DNA from: Candidatus Uhrbacteria bacterium
GTDB taxonomy: Bacteria > Patescibacteriota > Patescibacteriia > UBA9934 > GWF2-40-263
Assembly (NCBI GenBank): GCA_016844925.1
Contig: JAERTI010000036.1
Coordinates: 79,863-143,862 of the forward strand
Length of the DNA: 64,000 bases
Direction: 5' to 3'
The notes under the pieces were generated by a model that had not been told where the DNA came from, did not search any database, and saw nothing but the letters and a program-made list of their open reading frames with translations. Shown in pieces: positions 41,454-50,945 of this stretch; the stretch's first letter is position 1; every line of letters starts with the position of its first letter. The translations under genes and the position numbers were made by a program.

Positions 41454-42203
41454 ATGAAATTTCGATTTATTATCATGGCGGCCGGAAAGGGAACACGCAT
41501 GGGTGCGGATGTCCCTAAGGCGCTTGTGCCTGTTGCCGGCAAGCCAATCATCCAAAGGATTTACGAGTCAGTGGTGGGTTCTGGGGTAGATGGAAAACCA
41601 ATCATTGTTATTGGCCATGAAAGAACCCGAATTTGTGAGGGGTTTAAGGGAGAGTGTGATTACGTCATTCAGGAGGAGCAGCTTGGAACAGCTCATGCTG
41701 TAATGGTCTGCAAAGATGAGGTGAAAGATGCTGATGCGGTCATTGTTCTTAACGGAGATCATCCGTTGGTTTCACCAGGGACATTGCGTAAGCTTGCTGA
41801 GTTGCATGAACGTGTCGGCGGAGTCTTGTCGATGATGACGACGACTGTGCCATCTTTCGATGAATGGCCTATCTACTCACACTGGGGTCGTGTCATCCGC
41901 GATGCACATGGTCATATCATCGCCATCCGTGAGTTTAAGGATGCGATGGAATCGGAGCGTGAGGTTCAAGAAGTAAATCCTTCTTTTTTCTGCTTCGATG
42001 GAAAGTGGCTTTGGGAGAATATTGGTCAGGTGAAGAATTTTAACGCGAACAAAGAATACTACCTCACTGACCTCATCGAGCTGGCTGTGGCTCAAGGACA
42101 TGAAATTAATTCTATGAGCATTGCCCCTGAGGAAGCCGTTGGAATTAACACTCGTGCAGAGCTAGAGATTGCTGAGAAGATTTTAGAAAAGCAGAATGCC
42201 TAA
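41454..42203 (+). CDS. Sugar-phosphate nucleotidyltransferase (GlmU N-terminal-like, GT-A fold)
   Basis: N-terminal IIMAAGKGTRMG (GxGTR motif); 249 aa; no acetyltransferase LbH domain. Confidence 0.65.
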   Translation: MKFRFIIMAAGKGTRMGADVPKALVPVAGKPIIQRIYESVVGSGVDGKPIIVIGHERTRICEGFKGECDYVIQEEQLGTAHAVMVCKDEVKDADAVIVLNGDHPLVSPGTLRKLAELHERVGGVLSMMTTTVPSFDEWPIYSHWGRVIRDAHGHIIAIREFKDAMESEREVQEVNPSFFCFDGKWLWENIGQVKNFNANKEYYLTDLIELAVAQGHEINSMSIAPEEAVGINTRAELEIAEKILEKQNA

Positions 42204-42744
42204 GTTGATCATCATTGGTGGCTCGCTAGCTACAGGCAAGACTTCCCTTGCTCGTTTTCTCGAAGAACAAACAGGAATAAAACGTCTCTCAATGGATGAT
42301 TTGAAAGAGACGTTTTTTGATTTGGGTGGATACCGTGATAGGAGCTGGTCAAAACGGATCGGAGGTCTGGCTTGGCCGACATTCAAAGAGCTTGTTGATA
42401 TGCATTTAGAACGAGGAGATGATGTGATTGCTGAGGCAACGTTTCTTTGGCCAGATGATCATGAGTGGATTCAAGCCTTGAAAGATAGACATGATGCTGA
42501 CGTAAGGCAAATTTGGATGACGGCGGATCCTAAGGTAACAAGAGATCGATTTATTGCCCGAGCAAATTCTCAGGAACGACATCCTGGACATTGTGATGCG
42601 TTAGAGCATGTCCTTGAAGAATTTGAAAAGAGATTTTTTCATCGAAGGTTTGATCCAATGAAGATTGTGGGTAAAACAAAAGTCGTGGACACGACACGTT
42701 TCGGTGACGTTGACCACGACGATGTATTGCGGTTTATAGACTAG
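42196..42744 (+). CDS. P-loop NTPase / AAA_33-type kinase
   Basis: Walker A GGSLATGKTS; about 180 aa; 8-nt overlap with the upstream gene. Confidence 0.5.
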   Translation: MPKLIIIGGSLATGKTSLARFLEEQTGIKRLSMDDLKETFFDLGGYRDRSWSKRIGGLAWPTFKELVDMHLERGDDVIAEATFLWPDDHEWIQALKDRHDADVRQIWMTADPKVTRDRFIARANSQERHPGHCDALEHVLEEFEKRFFHRRFDPMKIVGKTKVVDTTRFGDVDHDDVLRFID

Positions 42745-43088
42745 CGATCATTCCCCGAGCCGTGTAACACACCGCGTTCTTTACGTGAAGCTAGTTTTTC
42801 GATGTTTGCCTGAGCAATGTCATTAAGATTTAACTTCATTTCACTCGCTACACAGGCAACATACCAGAGGACATCACCAAGTTCTTTTTGAACTTCCTTC
42901 TGGAATGTCTCATCAACAACTCCATCGTTATCTCGCATTATTTTTTTGACCGTATTGGCGACTTCACCAGCTTCTCCAGCCAAGCCCAGAGCAGCGTAAT
43001 AGGGGTTGTTTCCTACGTTGGGGTACAATGCAGTGGTTGCTGCTTTTTCTTGATAGTCAGATAGATTCATAGGTCCAAAGTTTAGCAT
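42741..43088 (-). CDS. MazG-family nucleoside triphosphate pyrophosphohydrolase
   Basis: EAGEVANTVKK and ELGDVLWYV motifs of MazG/NTP-PPase. Confidence 0.7.
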   Translation of the reverse strand: MLNFGPMNLSDYQEKAATTALYPNVGNNPYYAALGLAGEAGEVANTVKKIMRDNDGVVDETFQKEVQKELGDVLWYVACVASEMKLNLNDIAQANIEKLASRKERGVLHGSGNDR

Positions 43089-43090
43089 AT

Positions 43091-44347
43091 ATGCGTTACA
43101 TCGTTGATTGGCACATTCACTCTAAATATTCACGCGCGTGCAGTAAGCAACTTGAACTTCCTGTTATTGATGAGTGGTGCGCGCGTAAGGGGATCGATAT
43201 CGTTGCCACAGGTGACTGGACACATCCAGAATGGTTCGCTCACATCAAAGAACATCTTGAAGAAAAGAGGCAGGGGATTTATCAGCTCAAGGGCGGTGGG
43301 AAGCGTGAGTTCATGCTCGTGCAGGAGTTCAGTCAGATTTATAAGAAGGGAGATAAGACACGTCGCGTACACAATCTTGTCTTTTCTCCATCGATTGAAA
43401 CGTGTGAGAAAGTTATCGCTGAACTGACTCGTAGGAATTTCAATCTCAAGGCGGATGGTCGTCCAATTCTTGGAATCGATTCTGAAGATTTGTATAAGCT
43501 CCTGAAAGAAATTGATGAAAAGATTATTATCATCCCTGCTCATGCTTGGACACCCTGGTACGCGATCTTCGGAAGCAAATCTGGATTCGATTCGATTGAA
43601 GAATGCTTCGGAGAGATGAGCCAGTATATTTACGCTATCGAGACAGGGCTTTCGTCTGATCCTTTGATGAACTGGCAACTATCTGGACTCGATGATGTGG
43701 TGTTGATTTCAAATTCCGATGCGCACTCCCCTCGAAACCTTGGGCGTGAGGCAAACGTGTTTGAGTTTGATGAGCCGCCAACATACGATGAGTTTGTGCG
43801 TGTACTGCGTGAAAAAGATCGGGAACGTTTTAAGTACACCATCGAGTTTTACCCTCAAGAGGGCAAGTATCATTTTGACGGTTGTTCTGGTTGTAAATTT
43901 TCCTGTGATCCCAAAGAGTCGAAACGTCATGGCGAGCGCTGTCCAACGTGTCACAAACCGCTCACCCTTGGAGTACATCATCGGGTAGAGGAGCTCTCTG
44001 ATCGTGATGCGCATACAGTTGCAAACAGAAAAATTCCATTCAAATCAATTGTGCCATTGGCGGAGATCATTGCAGAGGTTGTAGGTGTGAAGTCGACTCA
44101 GTCAAAAAAGGTGCTTGCCGAATATTTCAGGCTAACCGACGAACTTGCTGACGAGTTCACGCTCCTGCTCGATACTCCACTACAAGCTATTCAAGCTGCC
44201 TCCGCCTATCCAAACCTTGCCGAAGCTATTTCACGTATGCGAAAAGGTGAGATGAATATCCAGCCGGGTTATGATGGGATCTACGGCACGGTAAAGATTT
44301 TCGGCGAGAAAGGTCCACCAGCACCAAAGCAATCTAGCCTACTCTAA
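43091..44347 (+). CDS. PHP-domain nuclease of the endonuclease Q (EndoQ/TIGR00375) family with a C-terminal zinc ribbon
   Basis: N-terminal DWHIHSKYSRACS (PHP His cluster), IPAHAWTPWYAIFGS, SNSDAHSP, Zn ribbon CSGC...CPTCH, and IVPLAEIIAEV. Length 418 aa matches archaeal EndoQ. Confidence 0.55.
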   Translation: MRYIVDWHIHSKYSRACSKQLELPVIDEWCARKGIDIVATGDWTHPEWFAHIKEHLEEKRQGIYQLKGGGKREFMLVQEFSQIYKKGDKTRRVHNLVFSPSIETCEKVIAELTRRNFNLKADGRPILGIDSEDLYKLLKEIDEKIIIIPAHAWTPWYAIFGSKSGFDSIEECFGEMSQYIYAIETGLSSDPLMNWQLSGLDDVVLISNSDAHSPRNLGREANVFEFDEPPTYDEFVRVLREKDRERFKYTIEFYPQEGKYHFDGCSGCKFSCDPKESKRHGERCPTCHKPLTLGVHHRVEELSDRDAHTVANRKIPFKSIVPLAEIIAEVVGVKSTQSKKVLAEYFRLTDELADEFTLLLDTPLQAIQAASAYPNLAEAISRMRKGEMNIQPGYDGIYGTVKIFGEKGPPAPKQSSLL

Positions 44348-44351
44348 TCAA

Positions 44352-44385
44352 AAACACTCTCAGCGCGTCACTGAGAGTGTTTTTA
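44352..44385. terminator. Bidirectional rho-independent terminator
   Basis: ACACTCTCAG-cgcgtca-CTGAGAGTGT flanked by A- and T-runs. Confidence 0.8.
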
Positions 44386-44394
44386 TATTTGCAC

Positions 44395-44838
44395 TTAGCG
44401 CTTGCGGCGCTTTGGAGCTGCCTTGCGTTTTGCAGGCTTTCGCTTCTTAGCGACGGTTTTCTTGCGCTTTGGAGCTGCCTTTTTCTTGGCAGGCTTCCTC
44501 TTAGCTGGCTTACGCTTTGCAGCTTTCTTTTTCGCTGGTTTACGCTTAGCCGGTTTCTTCTTGGCCGGCTTGCGCTTAGCAGCTGCTTTACGCTTTGCAG
44601 GCTTCTTTTTCGCTGGCTTACGCTTTGCAGCAGCCTTCTTCTTAGGTGCTGCTTTACGCTTCGCTGGCTTCTTCTTAGCAACCTTTTTCTTGGCTGCTGG
44701 TTTGCGCTTTGGAGCTGCCTTCTTTTTTGCTGGCTTACGCTTTGCTGCTGCTTTCTTCTTAGGAGCTGCCTTGCGCTTTGCAGGCTTCTTCTTTGCAGCA
44801 GGTTTACGCTTTGCCGGCTTCTTCTTTTTTGCTGGCAT
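44395..44838 (-). CDS. Lys/Ala/Pro-rich histone H1-like (Hc1/AlgP-type) basic protein
   Basis: The ATG is preceded by AGGAGGTGAT. 147 aa, almost entirely KKPAKRKAAPKKKAAA-type repeats. All other-frame ORFs here are repeat artefacts. Confidence 0.7.
   Translation of the reverse strand: MPAKKKKPAKRKPAAKKKPAKRKAAPKKKAAAKRKPAKKKAAPKRKPAAKKKVAKKKPAKRKAAPKKKAAAKRKPAKKKPAKRKAAAKRKPAKKKPAKRKPAKKKAAKRKPAKRKPAKKKAAPKRKKTVAKKRKPAKRKAAPKRRKR
44400..44835. repeat. Imperfect tandem DNA repeats encoding the KAP-repeat protein
   Basis: Reiterated gcttacgctttgcaggcttcttctt-like units across about 430 nt. Confidence 0.7.
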
Positions 44839-45059
44839 AGTTCCGAATCACCTCCTCTGTGCCACCGACATGTCGATGACCAAGTCAGAACCATTGGTTC
44901 CTCCGAGGATAGATTAATTAAATAACTTGCTCGATCGAGCTCTGCACGTAAACGTGCAGAAGAGTTTCGTGTGTTACATGACGCGCTGCAACAAACGATG
45001 ATTACATTGTAAAAAAATATTCTCGTTGCAACAAGAATATTTTCACAAATTTTTTTCTC

Positions 45060-46370
45060 TTACGATTGTTTTTCGTGCACCTGAACTTCTATTCCTTCCT
45101 CTGACCATTCGTAAACCCACATCATGTCTTCAAGAGAAACGTTCACACAGCCATGCGACATCTTGTGTCCGAAGTTGTTGTGCCACGGTGCGTAGTGAAT
45201 ATAGATGTGCGGATAGAAGCGGATGTTGTATGGAATCCAGCCAAGGTCATAATTTCTTGCATCACCTTCTCCGTAATTCCAGGCGTAATGCACAACTGGA
45301 ACTTTGGCTAAAATTACATGATTTCCAAGGGGTGTTGCATTGTTTAGCCCACTTGAAATAAGGAAGCTGTTGTCGAGGATGCCACCGTCGGATGCATAGA
45401 GACGTTGTTCTAACGTGTCTACTTCGATGCGTTTGTTTTCTTCTGGAACAAAGATGAGTCGTCCTGATGTAATAAGAAGTTGTTCTTCGTCCGAGGCAAC
45501 AGTGACACTCCCATGAACAGAAAAAAAAGTTTCTGACGTTTCGTCATTGGTGTAAACCAAACTGTTCGTTGCTGTGGATAAAATTATTTCTTCCGCGTGT
45601 GCAACAAGGGAAGTTATACCAAGTGCATCAACAAAACGTGTTTGTTCGTTTGTTGTCGTGACACTGTTTGAAAAAGAAAATGTTTTTATTGTAGGTTCGT
45701 TGGTGTGTTGTTGCGCAACGATAAGCTCTCCGTTGTGCACGTCTCCAACAAGACCAGAGCGGTCGCTCGCGTGAAAGGCAAAAAAGTTTTCTGCGAGTCG
45801 TGCTTGGCCATCCCATGACCACACGCGCACATGCGGACCGCCACTGGCAGCGGGAAGAGTGACAAGTTCATCGCGGGTATCATCGATGAGATCGCCACAG
45901 GCAAGATTGATTCCTCCACGGAACGATTCGTCGTAAGCAAAGAAACCTCCATCGTCGATTGATTCACCGTAGCGGTCAAAGATACGTACATGGGGACCAC
46001 CGCCTCTTGCTGGTGCTACAACAATTTCATTATAGCCATCACCAGTTAGGTCACACGCAGCGACGTTCACACCCACGCCCAGTGAAGGGGCGTAAGCGAG
46101 AAAGCTCCCAACCTCGCTACCATCTTGTCGCAGAACGCGTACTCGAGGCTCAGAACCTAATCCACTTCCAATGATGATTTCAGAAACACCATCATCTCCG
46201 AGGTCAGCAAAAGCGATGGAAGCGCCACCCACTGTATCGCCTACAGAGAGTTCGAAATCAATCGAATGGTCCGTGGATTGCACGCGGATGGATTCCTGGT
46301 GAGAGGCTTGTGCCGGAGCCTGTGACAAGAGTAGCCCTAGTGGAACAATCAAGAGAAGCAAGTGTTTCAT
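45060..46370 (-). CDS. Secreted protein with FG-GAP/VCBS-type repeats fused to a C-terminal L,D-transpeptidase (YkuD) catalytic domain
   Basis: Signal peptide; repeated GDLxxDGxxEIVV/GGGPHVR units; C-terminal HGCVNVS active-site motif. Confidence 0.65.
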   Translation of the reverse strand: MKHLLLLIVPLGLLLSQAPAQASHQESIRVQSTDHSIDFELSVGDTVGGASIAFADLGDDGVSEIIIGSGLGSEPRVRVLRQDGSEVGSFLAYAPSLGVGVNVAACDLTGDGYNEIVVAPARGGGPHVRIFDRYGESIDDGGFFAYDESFRGGINLACGDLIDDTRDELVTLPAASGGPHVRVWSWDGQARLAENFFAFHASDRSGLVGDVHNGELIVAQQHTNEPTIKTFSFSNSVTTTNEQTRFVDALGITSLVAHAEEIILSTATNSLVYTNDETSETFFSVHGSVTVASDEEQLLITSGRLIFVPEENKRIEVDTLEQRLYASDGGILDNSFLISSGLNNATPLGNHVILAKVPVVHYAWNYGEGDARNYDLGWIPYNIRFYPHIYIHYAPWHNNFGHKMSHGCVNVSLEDMMWVYEWSEEGIEVQVHEKQS

Positions 46371-46401
46371 ACGGACTTATGATAACAAAAAACCACCCCT
46401 A

Positions 46402-46477
46402 ATGGTGGACCTGGAGGGACTCGAACCCTCGACCCCCTGCTTGCAAAGCAGGTGCTCTAGCCAACTGAGCTACAGGC
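46402..46477 (-). tRNA. tRNA-Ala (TGC), G3-U70 identity pair, 3' CCA encoded
   Basis: GGGCCTGTAGCTCAGTTGGCTAGAGCACCTGCTTTGCAAGCAGG...; T-arm GAGGGTTCGAGTCCCTC. Confidence 0.85.
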
Positions 46478-46581
46478 CCCTCATTGGGGGTGGTTTTGTT
46501 TTGCGGCAGAATAATAACAATCCTTGGAAAATGTGTCAATGAATTTATCCCCCATATCAGGGTCCTTTTGGGGCTTAATCA

Positions 46582-46610
46582 TTGACAAAAGCCGTTTTTT
46601 AGCGTATCTT
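46582..46610 (+). promoter_or_regulatory. Sigma70-like promoter (ATTGACAAAAG family): TTGACA, 17 nt spacer, TATCTT
   Basis: Sequence match, 47 nt upstream of the start. Confidence 0.45.
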
Positions 46611-46656
46611 CCATTGGTTCTGCGTGCACTGATGCACCAGACAAGGAGACCTTCTC

Positions 46657-48105
46657 ATGCGCGTTTTCTCTCGCTGGATGATGCTGATGCTGTGCGCGCT
46701 GCCTCTCCTGGTGGCTGCCTGTGATCAAAACTCGATCGAGGTCGAGGGCGGTGACTCCGATGCCACGGGTGAGTCCCCAGAGCCGGCCCCTCCGCCGCTC
46801 GTGCCCCTGGAGCCTCCCGTCGTCACGACGGTCATGATCGGTGATCACGAGGCCTGGGTACCACCAGGGCCTCCGCGACTCTCCGACGTGCCCGAGAACC
46901 TGCTCGACTACATCGAGCGGGGCAAGCGGCTCATGGAGGGGGCGCGGTTCAAGAAGATGAGCTGCGTTCCCGAGCGCAAGCCGGACCTCACCTGGAAGCG
47001 TTGCCTCGGCGACGACTACCTGCTGGCGGCTGTCAGTCCTGATGGCAAGCTGGAGAAGATCGAGGTCTATGGGGGTGTCGCGAACTCTCCCGACAACTTC
47101 CGTGTTCGCTGTGAGCGCGAAGGAGCCTGCGAGGGTGGGGTGAACCCGCCGTTCATCGTGAGCTCCCCGCCGGGCTGGACCGTGGTCGCGGTGCGCAAGG
47201 CTGTCCCGGACAAGGAGGGCACTGAGGGCATCTCAGGCAAGGTGTACGTCCCGTACTCCACCCGGCTCAACACGCCGGAGTTGCGTCAGGCGGGGCTCGA
47301 GTACCTGCACCTAGTCACCGAGTCGGTCCGCTACGACCTGCTCGCCAAGGATGTGCGCTCCGGCCGCATTCACGGCAAGCACGTGCTCGAGACCGTGACG
47401 ATGCGCCATGCGGTCGTTCTCAGTCTCACTGAGCAGGTGTACTCCCCGGAGCTTTTCACCACCGGTGAGGAGATCGATCGGCTCGAGATGCTCAACCGCA
47501 TTCTCGTGCTCTACGCGATCAACCGCGAGGAGGCGTTCCGTTACGTCATGTCCAACATGGACGCGCGCGGAGCGTGGCAGATCATCCCCAAGAGCTGGGA
47601 TACGCTGCACGAGACCTACCCGGACGCGCAGCTTCCCGAGGACTTCGTCTACGGATCAACCAACCACCCTGTGTCCCTCAAGGCCGCCATCCTTCACACG
47701 GATGACCAGTGGTGGGGGCTCAAGCGTAAGGGCTGTGAAGATGGCCACATCGCTGAGTTCTCGGATCTCTCCGGCGATTGGGGTCCGTTGTTCGCAGCGG
47801 GCTACAACGGGTCGATGGCACGTGCCGACGCCGTCTACCACGCCTGTGGTGAGAACTGGCGCGATGGCGACTGCTGCAAGCAGATCGAGGATCCCGCCAA
47901 GCGGCTCGCTTGTCGGCCGCTGCGTGGCGAGACGCAGATGTACCTTCCCAAGTACGAGTGGATCGACCACCTGCTGTTCGACCAAGAGCAGCGCATTCGG
48001 GTCGAGGGGGTCACCTGGCCCCTCCTGCGAGAGCAGGCCCTTGCCTACGAGACGGCGCGCCAGCAGCGCCTTCAGGAAGAACGGTCAGTGGCTACCACGC
48101 AGTAG
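46657..48105 (+). CDS. Uncharacterised Cys-rich lipoprotein (lipobox LVAAC), 482 aa; GC-rich coding sequence
   Basis: Signal peptide plus lipobox; Pro-rich linker; 14 cysteines in the mature part (for example GDCCKQ). The internal antisense ORFs are Arg-rich and judged spurious. Confidence 0.6.
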   Translation: MRVFSRWMMLMLCALPLLVAACDQNSIEVEGGDSDATGESPEPAPPPLVPLEPPVVTTVMIGDHEAWVPPGPPRLSDVPENLLDYIERGKRLMEGARFKKMSCVPERKPDLTWKRCLGDDYLLAAVSPDGKLEKIEVYGGVANSPDNFRVRCEREGACEGGVNPPFIVSSPPGWTVVAVRKAVPDKEGTEGISGKVYVPYSTRLNTPELRQAGLEYLHLVTESVRYDLLAKDVRSGRIHGKHVLETVTMRHAVVLSLTEQVYSPELFTTGEEIDRLEMLNRILVLYAINREEAFRYVMSNMDARGAWQIIPKSWDTLHETYPDAQLPEDFVYGSTNHPVSLKAAILHTDDQWWGLKRKGCEDGHIAEFSDLSGDWGPLFAAGYNGSMARADAVYHACGENWRDGDCCKQIEDPAKRLACRPLRGETQMYLPKYEWIDHLLFDQEQRIRVEGVTWPLLREQALAYETARQQRLQEERSVATTQ

Positions 48106-48163
48106 CTATCTGGCACGGAGCGACGGACACACCATCCGCTCGCTCCTTTTCATTTTCAAACAA

Positions 48164-48188
48164 AAACACTCGCCCAGTGCGAGTGTTT
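48164..48188. terminator. Bidirectional rho-independent terminator
   Basis: AAACACTCGC-ccagt-GCGAGTGTTT. Confidence 0.8.
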
Positions 48189-48194
48189 ACTTGT

Positions 48195-48983
48195 TTAGAA
48201 GTTCGCTTCGCATTCAGTGACTTCCTCCATTGCCTGCTGCCGAAGTGTCTCAGGGAGCGGGAATGGTGCAAGGCTTCCGTATGGATCGTTTAGGTCCATG
48301 ACGAGAAGTTCGGTTGGTCCATCTTCCGCCGCAAGCCAGATGTTGCTGCAGGGGCCAGGGGAGTTATCAAGAAAGTCTTTGAGTAGGATGAGTGATTCTC
48401 CCGCGCGTCCGACAACGCGTAGCATGCTCACAGGAGAGTCTTCCTCAGCCTCGAATGTTTGCTTGTAGACACGCTGCCAGCGGTTGGTGATGGTGTTGTA
48501 GTGGTAGACCCCAGAGAAGAGCTCACCTGTGTCTTGATTGTAATCTGACGTGGCGAAGTACACCATGTTTTCTTCTTCAGCATCCACGACACCAAAGACC
48601 AATGTCTCCGCACCTTCACCTGAAACAGGCTTGCCTTGCGTAGAGTTGATGACAGTGGTTGCCTCACTTAGATCGTCGAACTCGCTTAGATCAACGAACG
48701 TAACAAAATCTGTCAGGTCAATCTTCTGCTCCTCCCCCGTCTCCTCATCGATCGTCACAATCACGTCCTCGACGGGGTCTGCGACCGTCACGTTACTGTC
48801 AGTCTCTGGTGCTGGTGCGGTGTCTCGCACTACGTTGGCAATCAGGACGGCGCCAACAATTAAAACAACCGCAATCACATAGGTGCCCACTGGACGTTTG
48901 GGGGCAGGGCTTTGTGATGACGGCTGCGGTGATGATGTCTCAGCGGCTCCTCCTTGCGGCTGTGTATTCTCAGTATCATTCAT
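48195..48983 (-). CDS. Hypothetical membrane-anchored extracellular protein
   Basis: 262 aa; N-terminal Pro/Ser-rich region, one TM helix, acidic beta-rich ectodomain. Confidence 0.45.
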   Translation of the reverse strand: MNDTENTQPQGGAAETSSPQPSSQSPAPKRPVGTYVIAVVLIVGAVLIANVVRDTAPAPETDSNVTVADPVEDVIVTIDEETGEEQKIDLTDFVTFVDLSEFDDLSEATTVINSTQGKPVSGEGAETLVFGVVDAEEENMVYFATSDYNQDTGELFSGVYHYNTITNRWQRVYKQTFEAEEDSPVSMLRVVGRAGESLILLKDFLDNSPGPCSNIWLAAEDGPTELLVMDLNDPYGSLAPFPLPETLRQQAMEEVTECEANF

Positions 48984-48987
48984 ACGC

Positions 48988-49977
48988 TTAGGTTACTTTA
49001 TTCGGCGGTATTTTCCCTCGGATAAACGCGAGGATATTTTGCGCCGCGACACGGCTCATGACCTGTCTGGTCTCTAGCGTGGCAGAGGCTGTATGAGGTG
49101 TCAAGACGACATTTGGAAGGGTGCGTAGTTCAAGGTTATCGCTTGGATCACAGTCAATCAGTGGCTCGCACTCATACACATCCAGTCCTGCTCCAGCTAT
49201 TTCACCCTTCATGAGAGCTCGGGTCAACGCCTTCTCATCAATCACAGGTCCACGCGCAGTATTTACAAGATACGCGGTCTTTTTCATGAGCTTGAGTTCC
49301 TTGGTGGAGATAAGATGTCGCGTCGATGGCAGCAAGGGGACGTGGAGTGAGACAAAGTCCGACTGCTTGAGGAGCTGCGTCATAGATCGGTACTTCGCTC
49401 CGGTTTCTTTTTCCAGTTGCGGGTTGCGTTTGATGTCGTGGTACAGAACATTCATGTTGAACCCGTCATGGAGGCGATGTACGACGCCCGATCCGATTCG
49501 ACCTGTTCCCACGATGCCGACCGTCTTTCCCCAAAGATCCGTTCCCAACAAGAGTTGCGGTCCCCATGCCTTGTATTTACCGGCGCGCGTGAACTTGTCT
49601 GTTTCGACGATGCGTTTAGCGAGTGTAAACATGAGAGCGATCGTATGCTCTGCGACCGATTCGCTGATCTGCTCGTTAGGCGCGTTGGTGACCGTAATGC
49701 CACGAAGCTTCGCGGCTTCGAGATCGACGTTATTAAACCCCACGGCGTAGTTGGCGATCATCTTGAGCTGAGGACCGGCGGCGTCCATGATCTCTGCGTC
49801 CATTTGCTCTGTCAGAATCGAAAGGATGATGTCTGCGCCTTTTACGCGACGCTTAAGAACACCCCGAGGGATTTTTTTGTCCTGCTCGTACACTTCAAGC
49901 TTCACGTTCGATGCTTTCTTAAGCAGTTTGATCCCCTCATCAGGAATCTCTCTTGTGACGAATACTTTGTACTTCAT
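48988..49977 (-). CDS. D-isomer-specific 2-hydroxyacid dehydrogenase (glyoxylate/hydroxypyruvate reductase-like)
   Basis: NAD motif GIVGTGRIG and the Arg/Glu/His catalytic triad region (NTARG...E...H). Confidence 0.8.
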   Translation of the reverse strand: MKYKVFVTREIPDEGIKLLKKASNVKLEVYEQDKKIPRGVLKRRVKGADIILSILTEQMDAEIMDAAGPQLKMIANYAVGFNNVDLEAAKLRGITVTNAPNEQISESVAEHTIALMFTLAKRIVETDKFTRAGKYKAWGPQLLLGTDLWGKTVGIVGTGRIGSGVVHRLHDGFNMNVLYHDIKRNPQLEKETGAKYRSMTQLLKQSDFVSLHVPLLPSTRHLISTKELKLMKKTAYLVNTARGPVIDEKALTRALMKGEIAGAGLDVYECEPLIDCDPSDNLELRTLPNVVLTPHTASATLETRQVMSRVAAQNILAFIRGKIPPNKVT

Positions 49978-50945
49978 ACCTCCTTAAGACTAATTTCTTT
50001 CTTTTTTGCCGCGCTAGGCCAGCGTGTAAGCAATCCGTTCTTTGCTCCGTGTTTTTGAATCACATTCTCAGCGTTCAGTGTCGCAATCTGCAGCGCCTGA
50101 CCAAGATCACCTGTTTTCATAATCCCCGCTAGGAATCCTGATCCGAACGCATCTCCAGCACCTGTGCGTGAGATGGCTTCGGCTTCTGTGGTGCCAGCAA
50201 ATACGGTTCTACCGTCTTGATGTGCGTACGAACCCGCGACACCGTCTGTAATGAGTCGAATTGTTCCGTCTGCATGAAGCGCTTTGCACGCCTGGGCCAC
50301 GTCTTGCTTACCTGTCAGCATCTCAGCCTCTTCTCGGTTCATGTTGAGCACGTCGATCATCGGCAGGAGCGCCTTCATTTTTTTCATACCCTGCTTAAGT
50401 TCACGGCTTCCCGGGTTCCACATCACCTTCGCTCCAGCTTTGTGCGCCGCGCGGATAATTCGCGATGACAGCGCCATGTTGCCACCAAGACTGGTGAGAT
50501 ACACCCACTTAGTGCGTCCAAGGGCCTTTAAGTCGATATCTGACGGTGTGAACTTCGCACTCACTCCTCGATACACGAGAACAGTTCGCTCACCATCCTT
50601 CATCGTCAGTAGCGTCGAGTACCCCGTCTCACCTCCCTTCACTTTTTTTACCAGCCGTGTGGAGACCCCAAACCGTTTCAGGTCATCGATCACATCTCGG
50701 CCAGGGGAATCGTCACCAACCTTTGTAATTGTGGACGTTTTGAATCCAAGCGATCCGAATGTTGCGGCGGCATTGGTTGCCCCTCCGCCGGTGGTGAGAA
50801 CAACTTGGTCGAGCTCAATCTTTGATCCCAGCGCGACACATTCAGCAACACCCGTTGGAAATTGGTCAGACTTTAGGGCCACGAAGGCGTCTGAGACGAG
50901 GAAGACATCTCGTACCCCTGCACCGATAGTAATTACATCGTACAT
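49974..50945 (-). CDS. PfkB-family carbohydrate kinase
   Basis: N-terminal GAGVRD/GG motif and C-terminal TGAGDAF anion-hole motif. Confidence 0.75.
   Translation of the reverse strand: MYDVITIGAGVRDVFLVSDAFVALKSDQFPTGVAECVALGSKIELDQVVLTTGGGATNAAATFGSLGFKTSTITKVGDDSPGRDVIDDLKRFGVSTRLVKKVKGGETGYSTLLTMKDGERTVLVYRGVSAKFTPSDIDLKALGRTKWVYLTSLGGNMALSSRIIRAAHKAGAKVMWNPGSRELKQGMKKMKALLPMIDVLNMNREEAEMLTGKQDVAQACKALHADGTIRLITDGVAGSYAHQDGRTVFAGTTEAEAISRTGAGDAFGSGFLAGIMKTGDLGQALQIATLNAENVIQKHGAKNGLLTRWPSAAKKKEISLKEV

Noticed and set aside
44377-44925. Several plus-strand and out-of-frame ORFs across the KAP-repeat region
   Set aside because: Repeat-generated open frames (Leu/Phe/Cys-rich). Only the minus-strand Lys/Ala/Pro frame has an RBS and a sensible product.
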